Shown piece after piece: positions 51,572 through 64,000 of a DNA stretch of 64,000 nt (the first letter of the stretch is position 1; each line of letters opens with the position of its first letter). The position numbers and the translations under genes were made by a program. Origin of the DNA: Cirrosporium novae-zelandiae (taxonomy: Eukaryota); NCBI GenBank assembly GCA_026023565.1, contig JAPETS010000002.1:868001-932000 (forward strand), given 5' to 3'. A model generated the notes under the pieces. That model was not told where the DNA came from. It was given only the letters and a program-made list of their open reading frames with translations, and made no database searches.

Positions 51572-53774
51572 TTACCCTTCTAGGCTGCTCCAGATGGTAG
51601 CGGCAGCTGTGGCAAGTTCAGTCTTATCCGCACAAGCAGCGAAGACGAATCGGTCGGATCTTAGGATTATATATCGTTTTCCAGGAAAGTCTTTGCGGAT
51701 CCTATCCGCATCGTAATACAATGGAGCTGGCCGAATCCTTGATTTTGGAACGGCGCTGTATTCCTCTGCGCCGATAACGCGAACGATGTTCGTATTGCTT
51801 GAAGAAGAATCCGCCACTGCTGCTTTGAAGGGACTCTGCTCGTGGATTATGAACGTAGCTTCGGTTGCATCCAGCTCGCTCTTCGAAATTCGATCAATAC
51901 CTTCTAATTCACTTTTCGCGTCAGGAACCTCATCAACGGAGCTGAGAAGCACAACCACCTGGAACAACTTTTTCTTCTTAGCATGGAAAATGGTGTCGTC
52001 AGTGAAAGCTGGGACAACTGGGGCTTCGCCATCGATAGGAGCACAGAAGACTTGCGGGAAATTGACACCTCCACCTAATGCCGCCACGAATGGCATGGAA
52101 GCTTGCCACTGATAGCGGGTCATGCCCTCACGACGGGCACCCATTTCCAACTGATGTTTCCAAGACGGGACCAGCTGCAAGGCCCACAGATGCCATTTTC
52201 GGAAAAATACCTTGAGCCAATCCCTTTCGGTGACGGCCTGGCCGTTTTCGACCGTCGCCGCCAAAGACTTTTCCAGTTGTTGTTTTCGCTCCATGTACCA
52301 GCCTTCGAAAAGCTGTTGTTGGTGAGTATCGTTTCCTGGACGGCAAGCGATGGCGAGTCGCCAGGCCAACGAAACAGCATCTCGAAAGCCCGATACTATG
52401 CCTTGGCCGCCAACTTGGGGTGTTTTTAGCCTATCGGTATCTTACTCTCATACACTACACGGAGTCACTTACAAGGTGGGAAGACGTGAGCAGCATCTCC
52501 ACACAGAATCACTCTCTTGAGCGCCCATCGATTGCAGCTCCGGGCTGAAAAGTTAAAAGGCCGGCACCTCAGGACCTCAATACAGTCCTCAGGGAATTGC
52601 ACGTCTTCAGAAAGACTGTTTAGCATTAGCGTCTTTGTGTTCTACGCAGTAGGCATATCTAGTAGCTCGATGATTGTTGTGACTGACCCATAACGATGTC
52701 CTGGATGCGTCAGGAACGGGAATACAACTTTTTTTGTCATTTCCCATGCTGACATAGCCTGTGGATCCTCTCCTTCGTTTACAACGAACTCGAATCTCCA
52801 TAGGCGGTCTTCTGGCAGGCCAAATCGGCCACACACAGATGGTCTATCTGGATCACAGATAAACCGAAAATTGACCGGGAAGAATAAACCGAAGACGTCT
52901 TCTGGCGAATACCCAAGCTGCCAAAGCGGAAAATCAGGATGTGTAGCTGGAGTTGGAAGAGACAACTTCCAGTTCATGGCCACCCAGATCGCTTCGTAGC
53001 GGAAGCTAAATTGGACCTCGATATTAGAGTCTGATATTGAGAGCCTAAACCACACCTTGGAAGTTTTACTTATCGCTTCTCTCGAGCCAAATTCCTCTTG
53101 GCTCTAAATATTTCTTTCTGGTAAACCCCGTTTTGCCATCGGCGCCTACTAGGAACTTTGCAGAAATCTCATGCTCCTCGCCTCGTTTATCGACATAGGT
53201 GACGTACACAGCCCCGTCATCTTCTCGGATTTGAGTAACAGTGGAACCGGCCCTCAAATCTCCATACGTCGGGTCAATGGCACTTCGAAGATATTTTTCC
53301 AGGACCGGTTGCTTTTGGGTCATAAAACCAAGGTGACTTGTACCACCTTCAATCTAGGGAAATATCAATAAAGCCACTTCGTCTTGATTTTTTTTTGATA
53401 CAAATCACTCATACCGTGTTGTGGTTAAATTTCATAAACGGCGGAGCACTCAGATCACCTCCTCCCGGGATGAAATATATATATCCTATCCCTTAAAGGG
53501 AGTATATAAGCATTGGAGAGAATCTGGGCTGGAAAACGGTTGGCTGCAACATACCTTGCCCGATTTCAGTGTACAACTTATCGTATAGACCCAACCCCTG
53601 TACCAGTCGAATACCATCTTCATCCAAGGCAATTCCACGAGGATCGGTGGTAATTCCATCTTCCTTTTCAATAATTATGTGCTTGACTCGGGCTCGCGAT
53701 AAATAGCCAGACAACATTGCCCCTGTCGGTCCGCACCCGCAGATAATGACATCGCAATCCTCATCAGCTGCCAT
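51572..53774 (-). CDS. FAD-dependent aromatic monooxygenase (MhpA/PheA-like), 6 exons
   Basis: [54 protein letters not shown], C-terminal ILRSDRFV. Confidence 0.93.
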
Positions 53775-55798
53775 CTTTGTATTATTTTCCAATAACTATT
53801 AAGGTTCTTTCTTTCTTTAATTATGGTGTTTTTTTATCCCCCGCTCAACACTTGTGAACACTTATTATTCCAATCAACAACGCACAAAAGATTTAGAGAA
53901 ATCACTTATTTAACTTTCCCTTGGAGACTCGGGAACTGAAATGGAAGATAACGAAAAGACACAACAAAATCAAAGGTTCTAAAGAAGAAGAAGAAAAAAA
54001 GAGAAGAAAAGAGGAGGCATCATGGTTTGAAGCCCCGACGAAACCAATTGTTGTAAACCCGGTCTCTCCAAACAAAAAGCCCAGATGTGAGACCCCAAAC
54101 AAAAAGTCGTGTTACCTTGTGGCCTAATTCGTTGTCATCGGGGTTCTTTCTTGGGTTCTTTTCGGTGCTACTGACTGTGTTTGCCAGCCTTCCTACGTAC
54201 TCGAGTAAATCCCATATCTACCCCACGATCGATCATTAGTCGCTTGCCCCGCATCTCCGCATCCTAATCCAATCCTTCTCGCTTCTCCCTTTGAATTTTC
54301 GCCTGGGATCTTTATTTGCTCCACAAGTTCCGAATTACTACTGCTCGGCCTCCCTTTATCAGAACAACAAAGAAGAAGAGGGAAAAAAGAAATAAAAGAA
54401 AAAGAAAAGAAAAAGAAAAGAAAAGAAAAGCTTGGTTCAAACTCCCTTCTATGTGCCTATTAGCTTCTTCTTTCTATTATTCTTTTAATATATCTATTTA
54501 TAACCCCAACACCAATTATCTCCCCATGAAAATTCGCTTCGTTTCGTCCATATCCAATGAAAAATTACCGATGACCCATGGTTTCATTTTGATTGGGTCG
54601 ATTGATCGATACAATGAGATAAAAAGTCTATGTTATTGATGATATTTCAGAAATGGAATGACCGGTATAACTTATCTTTCACGGTGATCAAGCATGTTGT
54701 TTCCCTATTTCCTTCTCTCTTGTCTAATTCGTCTTTCTTCAATTAATTAATTATCACTGTACTGTACCCCCATCTCTCATCCCTAGTACAGATTTTCAGC
54801 CACCCACCACCCATTCTCTCAACTAAAACAACTACAACTACAGCTATATATAAATCCACCTAGGTACAGTACACAAGAGAATCTAATCCAATCCAATCCA
54901 GCATATTGTTTCACCTTTACCACACACATGACATTCCTTACATCCCTAACATAATTATTTTTTTAAAAAAAAGCCCAAGCAAGACAAGCAAAAATCTCTC
55001 CCCCTAGGTCTCAGATCCCGGATTCTCTCTTTCCCTTTCCTTTCACCCCACACAAGCCTTGGTCGGTACAAGTATTTTTTAAAACTTAGCTCGAGGGCAA
55101 GGTTAAAGGAGGGATCTAATATGGGATTTAAGATGGGATGGGATGGGGGTGTGATTATATTTGTATTAGATATAGATAGCACTAGTAGAATTAAGTATAA
55201 ATAAATACAAATACACATATAAATATATATAAATATACATACAAAATAGAAAGCCGAAGCTGAACCAATTTCCTTTAATTACCTAGATACATAGATAGAA
55301 GCCGAGGCCGACGTCCCTTTAATTACCCAACTACCCAATTGTACTGCACCTCAGACTAATTAAGTAATACAAGAACGAGAACGAGAATAAGGAAACACCT
55401 TGGACTATCTAATTAAAACCTAGAAGTGTATCGGCATACCAAAAAAGACAACAACCAACAATCAGACTTATTGTGACTATTGTAATTGTAATTACGAAAA
55501 TTACCAAAGGGACATGTCATCTATAAAAATGAAAGTTTTTTTGGTTTTACGAATTCCCATTTTTTTTTTTTTATCTACTTGGGTCATTCATTATTGGTAG
55601 ATTGGATTGGATTAGATTGATTATGTGTTTTTTTTTTTTTAATAGGGAAATGGAAGGGATGGAAGGGATGGAATGAAGGATGAGAGGATGGATGGGAGGA
55701 GAGAGGGTTCATTGTATATATATTTGTATATTTTCTGTACGCCATACATACATACATAAGTACTTAGTACCAACCACATATCTACCTAGGTACCTAGA

Positions 55799-55857
55799 TA
55801 CTCACTCACTCACTCACTCACTCACTCACTCACTCACTCACTCACCCACTCACCCAC
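55799..55857. repeat. (ACTC)n microsatellite within an SSR-rich intergenic region
   Basis: About 12 perfect units followed by degenerate units. Confidence 0.95.
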
Positions 55858-56512
55858 CAATAAAAAAAAACACCGAAACCGGTAAAACCGAAACTACTGT
55901 ACACCGAGGGAAAAAAAAAAAAAAAATACATACACACACACACATAAATTCCTAATAAATCGTTTAATCCTTAGTCTAATCTCCAAGATATATAGATATA
56001 TACCTATGTGATGATATGTGGTGGTATTAAAGGTAAGGAAAGGCAAAAGGTAAGGTAAAGTGAATCACAATTTCATGGATTATTTCGATTTGTATAGTAG
56101 TAGTAGGTTAAGGGTAATTTGATGGTAATTATGTATAATACGTCCAACATATCTAACATTCAACGTCACTCACTCACTGCATGAACTGAACTGAACAGGA
56201 CTGCTTGTTTAAATGTGTACATGTACAGTACGTATGAGTGTGTGGGTAGGTGGGTAGGTAGGTAGATACCTATATAAAGAAATAGTAAGTTGTTGTTGTT
56301 GTTGTTGTTGTTGCTTTTTCGTTCTTCTATTTCTTTTAACTAGCCGAGATGGAAAAGTAGGTAGCTATGGGTTGTTTTGTTATAGCCACATGTATGATTT
56401 TTCACATCCACATCCACATCTATGTGTATATTTTCTAGCAGAAAAAAAAAGCATGTAGCAGCAACAACAACAACTACACGAGTCCATCTACCCTTTCCCT
56501 CTCCACAAGCCC

Positions 56513-59500
56513 TCAAACCCCCAAACTCTTATACTTCTCCCTCAATACCCTTTCCAAACCCCTTCCATCCCCATCCCCATCCCCACCACCAATAACCCCA
56601 CAATCCCCTTTAACCAGCCCCGCAAACTCCAATGCCATTTCGGCCCACCGCCGACACCCAGAATCGTCACCCACGACATATAAATCGACGGCGTGGTTGA
56701 AGGCCGTGGTGCTTAGGTATGTGAGTTCGTTGGGAGGGTAGGGGGGTAAGGTTTTTTTTGGAGATGGAGATGGAGATGGGGGAGGGAGGGAAAGGGTGCG
56801 GGCGGTGGTGAGGGTGTTGGTTAAGAGGGTCAAGGCGAGGGCGTCGGGGTTAAGGTCTGGAGTGTCTGAGGGGTTTGCTAGGGTTGAGGTGGGTGTGGTG
56901 GGTGTGGAGATAGAGATGTAAAGGTCGAAGAGGCAGCGTGTCCATTTTGCAAGGTTTGATACTGTCGCTGCTATTCCCACTTCATCACTACCACTACCGT
57001 CTTTTTGTTCTTTTTCTTCGTATTTGTTCTCGTTAGTTGACACCAGCCCGGATTCTGCTTGCAGCAAACTCCAAGTACAGTTTACAATCTGCTGTAACGA
57101 CTCCACTTTATCCTGCGCGGGTATATCGTCCTCGGCGCATAATACGATACCCGCAAACTCGGTGAGGGTTTTTAGGGCTGCGGTGGCAGGACGGCAGATA
57201 TTTGGAGCGAGAGTTATGAGGGTAGGTAGGGAGGTGTAATGGTGAAGGTGAACAAGCGCTTCGAAGCCAAAAGTGAGGAGGGGGGATATTTGGTTCGCGA
57301 GGTTTACGAAGTCGGAGGACGAGGGAGGGAGGGCGTCTAAGGTTGGTGGTAGAATCGGGGGGAACGCCGTGACATGCTTGTTGAGGTTGAGATAGTGTTG
57401 GAATTTTTCCGCCGTGGTGGGGGACGACCACGCCAGTGTGGTTAGGACACCTGTTGAGATGAATAGGGTGTGTAGCCGGCGCGTAGATATTGAATTGAGG
57501 GGTTCGGCGTCTAGGTCCGAAGTATGGAGAGATATGAACTGCAACATGCTTTCTAGAAGACGTAGTGATTGAGATAGGGGCCAAGATGTGCTGTGCTGGG
57601 TTATGAGGTTGTACCCGGTTTGAGAAAACCAGTCGAGTTCCGATATAGGAAAGGCACTTGGTTGCTGGTTTGGGGAATTGAATCCTCTGGCTCTCTTTGC
57701 TTGTGTGGCCGCGCTTTCGAAGAGCTTGCAAATGTTGGAAATAGCTTTGTCTGTGGATGGGTCGTCAGGCTTTAGTTCCGAGATGAGAAGTTTGGCTATG
57801 CAGTGAAGAAGTGCGGTTGGGTGAACGCCTTCTGGAGGTCTGTAGTCATATCTCTCAAGGATACGTTGCAGTATTGTTGCCGCTTGCTGTTTTTTCTCTA
57901 CACGTTCAGCTTCGAGGATACAATCGTACAGCAGGGAGGTATCTTCTGAAGATTGGGCGCATATTGCTTCCAGGCATTCAGTTGCTTGAAATGGTTGTTA
58001 GCCTGAAATTTTGCCAACTGGATATATGGAAGCAAACCCAATTTATCATCATCCGTCCGTGCTGCCACTTTGTACATGAGATGTTTAGTTAAGGGGTTTT
58101 TGTTTCTAGGCTCTGACATCTTTTCATATGCTTCCCGGGCTGCTCCAAAATCTTCTCTACCCAAACAGCAGAGAATCAATGTCCTATGCGATAATCAATT
58201 AAATAGCCGCATGTGAATTTGGTGGTATATACCTCTCGATCTTTGCAAGATAGGAATTGTCAGATTGAGACAATAGCGGATGCAATGCCAATCGACACAA
58301 CTGTTCAGCAACTGGAAACCGATTTTCATTATAAGTAGACTCGATACGTTTTAAAAGAAGCTGGATCGGTTAGGAAACGCGACAAAAACTACTAGGCGGA
58401 CTTACAATTTGTACAGCGAGTGTAGCATCTGGGCTTAATTGGCTTGAGGAATTGCTAGCCATATTATTGAACAGGGCAAAAAGAAGCTGGGGGAAATCTG
58501 ACGCTTCTATGATACTTGCTACGAACCATACTCTTGTAACTATAACCTTTTCGATCCATTCTTGTTTTTTCGATGATAATAATCTTTCGCAGAGAAAGTT
58601 GTCGAGGGCTTTGCATGCTAGTAGGATACTAATAAGAATTAATTTGTCATACCTATAATAATGGATTGGGATACACTCACTCGGCCTCTCTGAGTCTGTA
58701 TACATGATACAACATGCTACTATCTCATTAAAAATCGGGTTATAAAGATACAAAGACATACGTACGTTTTTAAACTTGGCCCAGTAAGATGGACGGTCCG
58801 CATGATCCTGGATAAGACTACAAAACGTAATTAACGGTTGAAATTCCCATTAGACAAGCTTCTTACCTACCATCATAGTAACGCTGACTATCGAATTCTT
58901 TTTCAATAGCTAAAAGCTGTAACTCTAAAACCATGACGACTGGTTTCGTTCCAAAGTCCTATTGAGATTAGATCCAAAAGGAAGAAGAAAGCACATCAAG
59001 GCTTACATTCTCCATTATACTAAGCATATCATGCGCTTTTCGGATAGAATCTTCTGTCTTAACCCCAATTAAGGCCTTGACTGCGCTTGCATTAGGTCTC
59101 AAAGGCTGCATCACATTCTCAGGGTAGACTGTCTATACCGAAGTAGTGCATGACTCTGGATCGCAGCTCTCTGGCATCATTGCTCAACTTCTCTAATTCT
59201 TGAGCAGATAAGATCCCGTATGCTCTTCCTAGCCACTTGATAGCTATTTTAATTTGCTCTTTTTCTAATAGGTCCTTGCCCATCTGGCAAAGAAGGCCGG
59301 AAAGGATTTCTGCAGCTTTGGAATCAAGCTCCCTGTCGGAAGATATTAATTTGTTGTACATATGTTCAGCGAACTCGAGTCTATCCTGGCGCCATGCCTG
59401 TTATCGGTCAATCGCTGTACACCAGACTCGGATTAGTCAAGGAACATACCAAGGTAATTCGTAGAATAAGATACTCATTTGACAGTTGATGATAAAGCGC

Positions 59501-60200
59501 AGCATTCTCGGATGATGCATATATCTCGTCTTTACCCAGCGTATCGTTATATTCCGCGATCCTTTCCAAGATCTTCAGAGACAAGTCTAATTCTTTTTGT
59601 TCTAGCTTTCACTATGAGTAGGGTCTATATATAAGTTAAGGGCTAACAAACCTAGACAGGCTTTCGTAGTTTTAAGCGCAGCCTTAAATACCCTAACAAA
59701 ATCTATAGTGACTGTCAGAAACCTGCAATCATGGGGACCGTCCAGGAACTCGTATACTCTGTGAGATTTCCCAATGTGTACGCTGCGCACAATCAAGCAA
59801 CAGAAAGGCAAACACGCATACTACAAGGGTTAGTGCCTATATCGATGCCAAGTGCTAGGAACTCACCAATGGAGAAAAAGCGAATTTCTTCAATGGAGTC
59901 GCTCTGCCATTTTAGCTTGGTACACAGATTCCACAACTCGATGCCTTTGGTATGTATTTCAGTATATACTGAGGTTTCAGTCGCAAAGTGACCAAGGGGA
60001 ATATTCTCAATCTGTCTACGCAAACCAGATTCTGTTCGTGGATTATTAGCCGTGTTAGTCGATAAGGATTGTTGGAGGTTCGAGGCAAAGCCTAGTGGTC
60101 AGTAAGCCGAGTTGCAACAGATGTAAAAGCAAGTGATAATACTCAGAGTTTCTTTAATACGGATTTCTCGATCTGTTCTATTAGGTCTTGATGGAGACAT
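56513..60200 (-). CDS. SPO22: Meiotic ZMM protein Spo22/Zip4 (TEX11-like TPR protein), many exons
   Basis: Spliced motifs GIELWNLC, AWRQDRLEFAEHMY, AIKWLGRAY, EWIEKVIVTRVW, ELDWFSQTGYNL, C-terminal YPPNELTYLSTTAFNHAVDLY...CRRWAEMAL. Confidence 0.88.
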
Positions 60201-60511
60201 CGTAAGCTGGGCGGAGATGCAAATACAAGACTAGCCGAATATAGCCAACAGCGGCATTCATGTTTTTTATGCACTTCAAAACAATAATACCATATTCATA
60301 ATTCATCCATCCATCATACCTTACACGAAAATAGCAGGCCACCATTCTTCAGGACGGTCTACCTACCCACGAGGTCCACCTCGTGAAACTGCCACCCCAA
60401 CCATGTAAACCTAATATGTATATATCAAAGTACCAGAACAATAACGACCCAACATGCCAATGCCTCATCCATTGAAGCCTTCATGGTACAATCCACCTAG
60501 CCTCGGGTATA

Positions 60512-62589
60512 TCACTTTTTTCCGGGAACGACAGGCAAGAAATTGCCAACAATAATCGCAGGGCTAGAAAAGAACGTCAGCTAAGGATTAAAGAATTATG
60601 AAATTCTCAGAACACTCTTACATGTTATGGGGATCTCGACGGATAGTAAAGGAAAAACAGCAGTGGATTTCGGGGAAATTAGAATTAGGGTCCGGGTTTT
60701 TAACCATACAGGTTGTTAGCATCGCTTTCTGGGTTGGGTCAAATGCGATAGCTCCAAACTTTTCCCAGTAACTGACAAGCTGGTCCTCGGACATGATTTC
60801 GTGTATGGCCAACTTTCCCTGTATAAATTTGTTGGTTGGCGATACATTCTGTTCGGATGCTCAAGACACTTACCTCACGAAATGTCTCAATTGGGACATG
60901 AATAAGTTCTGCCATTTCCCTGTTCCCTCTAAATATCTCTCCGGTCCGTCTCCAACAACAGGCCGGGATTGCCATACTCGCAAATACGCGATCATACTCC
61001 ATCAAACTCCGCTCAAACCACATTTCCACAAGCACCAGTTCAATATCCGTCAATGCCTTCATTCTCTCCCGGAATTTTGGTCGGAAGATGCTTAGCTGCG
61101 TAAGAATCTTTTTGCGAGATTCGGGCTTTAAATTGTGCTCCATGTATGAATTGAGCCGCGCGTAGCCCTTGACATAGTTAAATGGTTTTAGCATGCCCGC
61201 ATCATATTTTGCTTTCAATAACCTGGTCATACGCTCTTCGGGGGCATCTAACCCTGCGGGGTCAGCAGCTGTCATGTAGTATTTCTCTCGTGCTTTGTCA
61301 GTGGGCACAGACATCGCTGGCTGTGAGGAGGCCGGGTCGTGTGTTGCTGGAGGAGGAAGCATGAGGCCTGCCTGTTGGCCGTGGGGTAGCAGGTTGGCAT
61401 CGTTGCCAGCCAAGGCCATAGAATTCATGAGATTTGGGTCGGAGTAGAGTCCGCGGACATCTTCATTATTTGCATACATGCCGTCGTCTATAAGGCTGTT
61501 GCTGAGAAAGTCTCCTAGTAGGTTATACTCGTTCGTCACCTCCGAAGTATTGAACATGTATGAGGGATGGAGATGATGCATGTCCTGAAACTGATTTTGA
61601 GGACCAGCACCCCAGTCGCTATAACCCAGCACTAGGTCATGTTAGGATTATATATTGGTGCGAGATGTCCCCACTTACATGCACTATTTGGTGGGTTGGT
61701 CGAAGCTGCTGTGACCGGCGCAGGCTGTGTGATGCTGGTTGTCGGTACTGGGGCAGAGGAGGAGGGGAGCCCGAGACCAGATTCTTGCAGCAATTGTCTA
61801 TCTGCTTGCTGTTGGTCTAACTTCCAACCTAGGCCATCAACAAGTGTGTTTGAAGTTCCGTCTTCCACCGCAGGCTGGTCAGCTTCGCTTTTCGCCTTCT
61901 TGTTGTTTTCTCGAGGTTCATCATGACAGAGGTGGCCGATATCTCGTTTTATACATCGAGCGCAGGGCCGTTCCTATGGGAAAAGCAATGCGCATGTTAG
62001 ACCGAATGCCAATATGCAAATTTAAGGAAGGGTAAACCAGTCCAGAGCAGGTTCCCTTACAAGGTCACAAGTCATATGCTTTGTTACGCGCACATTGTCC
62101 CAGTTAGCCAATGTCTTCACAATCCAAATATGGTAGACGGAAGGGTTGTTTCGCAGCAGATATGCATTGTGGGTAGTTCAAGTACTATGAGACGGCAGCT
62201 CACCGAACGTCGACAATAAACGCAAGCTGGACAGTGCAAGTGGTCAGTTAAGGGTCTTTATAGGGCAATATAAGGCGCAATGTTGAACATGTCCTACCAT
62301 GATTGACCTTTCTTCGTTTTCGCGGACTACTGCTGCTGTTGGCTGCACGCGACTGCGTTTCCGCCTTGACGGGAGGGGAGGAGGCCCCTGTAGACCCTGC
62401 CGAAAGGGAATCTTTGGCAGACTTGCCATTTGCCTTCTTGTCGGTGGAGATTTCCTTATTGATTTTTCCATTTTCCTTGTCGCCCTTGTCATCAGAAGCA
62501 TTCGAGGTCATCGTGTCCTTTTTTCCATCGCTAGTATTGGCAGTAATGGAAGACGCGGATTGCTGGTCAATCAGGGCTGCTGCAGTCAT
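60512..62589 (-). CDS. acuM: Zn(II)2Cys6/PAS transcription factor AcuM (Rds2-like)
   Basis: RKRRKVNH/ACVYCRRS/HMTCDL/ERPCARCIKRDIGHLCHDEPRE zinc cluster; YYMTAADP, LKPFNYVKGYARL, IPACCWRRTGEI, HCCFSFTIRRD, IVGNFLP. Confidence 0.92.
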
Positions 62590-63596
62590 TGGTAGGGACG
62601 GGGGGGAGGGGGGGGGTAGAACCTGTAGTTCTTTTTTTTTCCCCCAGTGCTCAATAATGAAAAGCGGAGTACCAAAAAACCCAAAGAGCCCAAAGTAGAC
62701 CCAAGCTGAAGGCGGGAAGCCGCAGGAAATTCTGGATTAGGTACTGGATTTGGAACACATTTGTTGCACAACAGATGCCAGAAGCATGATGAAGTCTCGA
62801 TCCATTTAGATTTGTTGTTCAAGCCATTCCAAAGTTTTTTTTTTCTTTTTATTTCTTCTTTACTTCTCTTCTTGAATGTATGGAAAGAATGGTGGATAAT
62901 GACTGGTGTGGAAAAATGCCTTTGATCCTTTTGACTTTTTAGTTTCCTTTGACTTCGGTCTTTTCGCTTGAAGGAATAGAATTGTTGCCTTAGGAATCAA
63001 ATTTACCCCAGCCAAGGTCATTCCCCTTTCCCCTCCATTTTGTTTCTCCGCCTTCCCGTCGAATGCCGTCCACCGCCCTGTAGGGTGTGGCCCTCTCTCC
63101 ATTACGCCTAACCTTTCCCTTTCCCCGTCCTCTCATCGCTCGTTTCTTCTCTGTCATCACTCTACCACTCTCATCGCATTTCATCCTATTGCTTTTTTAA
63201 CCCTCGGCTTCTTGTCATAGTAATCACTCATTATAATTCTATTTATCAATACTAAGACGAAAGAAAAATCAATAGACCGTTTTTATCAATAATACTTGAT
63301 GTATATTATCATGCAGCCAAGACGAAATACATTTTTTTTCGATTGTCTCATCTTATTGTAACACGAAATATTCAAAAAAGAAAATGCAAAAATGCCCAAT
63401 TCATCAAAGACACGTGACCTTGCATGATATGTGGTTATAGAACTACTTTTCATATAGTCAAGGGACATTTTACCCTGGACCCCACTTATAACAAGACAGA
63501 ATACAGAAGCCTCATTATTTCATGCTGTCACTATTGTCATCTCCGCCTTAGCCACGTTCTGAGTTCTCTAAGCAAGGTCCACATAAAATATAAAAT

Positions 63597-64000
63597 TCAC
63601 CATTTGTTATCAAACACCTTTCCTTTTACATAGTTGACTATTTCCTGCACCGCACTCGATTTATCCCTTTCCATTCCAATTTCTACTCCTTTTCTCATTA
63701 CTACTCATTAGTTCCCCCCAGGGCTTCCTTTCCTAACACAAACTCCCCCTTAGTCTCTACCCGCATTGGCACTAGTATTGATCTGCCCATCATGACCTCT
63801 ACACCTTGGCATGCAAATGTAATAGCCTCCCTCACACCTGCTGGTATTCCTGCTTCGTCCAGCATCATGGTATTAGTATCTGGATACTTTTTCTGAATAA
63901 AGATTGTAATATCAGGGTTGTTGTTGTAAGCGCCACTGCTACATATGAAGATCTCTGCAATTGTCATCTTAGGAGAAGTACATCGGTGGAAGTGATCTAC
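63597..64000 (-). pseudogene. Levoglucosan kinase / AnmK-family pseudogene, 3' part
   Basis: [32 protein letters not shown]...GRSI.VP.RVET, then a frame switch near 63725 and TAA TGA before VMRKG...VQEIVNYVKGKVFDNKW*. Confidence 0.8.

Overview
Eukaryotic DNA from a filamentous ascomycete (Pezizomycotina): short GT-AG introns with CTRAC-type branch points and microsatellite-rich intergenic spacers. About 21 protein-coding loci can be reconstructed by splicing the ORF fragments by eye. In order they are RRP12 (3' part), SUB1/PC4, homocitrate synthase, MNN11, a TM/coiled-coil hypothetical, cytochrome c, an SDR, a hypothetical membrane protein, RRP42, IME2, an Stc1-domain protein, a DUF7514-like protein, STN1, an acyltransferase-3, a Cys-rich single-pass membrane protein, an orphan with a MazF/PemK-like motif pattern, CENP-Q/Okp1, an AzgA purine permease, a methyltransferase-like protein, an FAD monooxygenase, SPO22/ZIP4 and AcuM/RDS2. 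A levoglucosan-kinase pseudogene runs off the right edge. No rRNA, tRNA, CRISPR or intact transposon was recognised. The best candidate for something undescribed is the intronless 172-aa ORF at 41997-42515. It follows the bacterial MazF/PemK endoribonuclease motif order, is flanked by local tandem repeats, and has an in-frame tail behind two TAG codons. All family calls come from motif recognition, not database searches.
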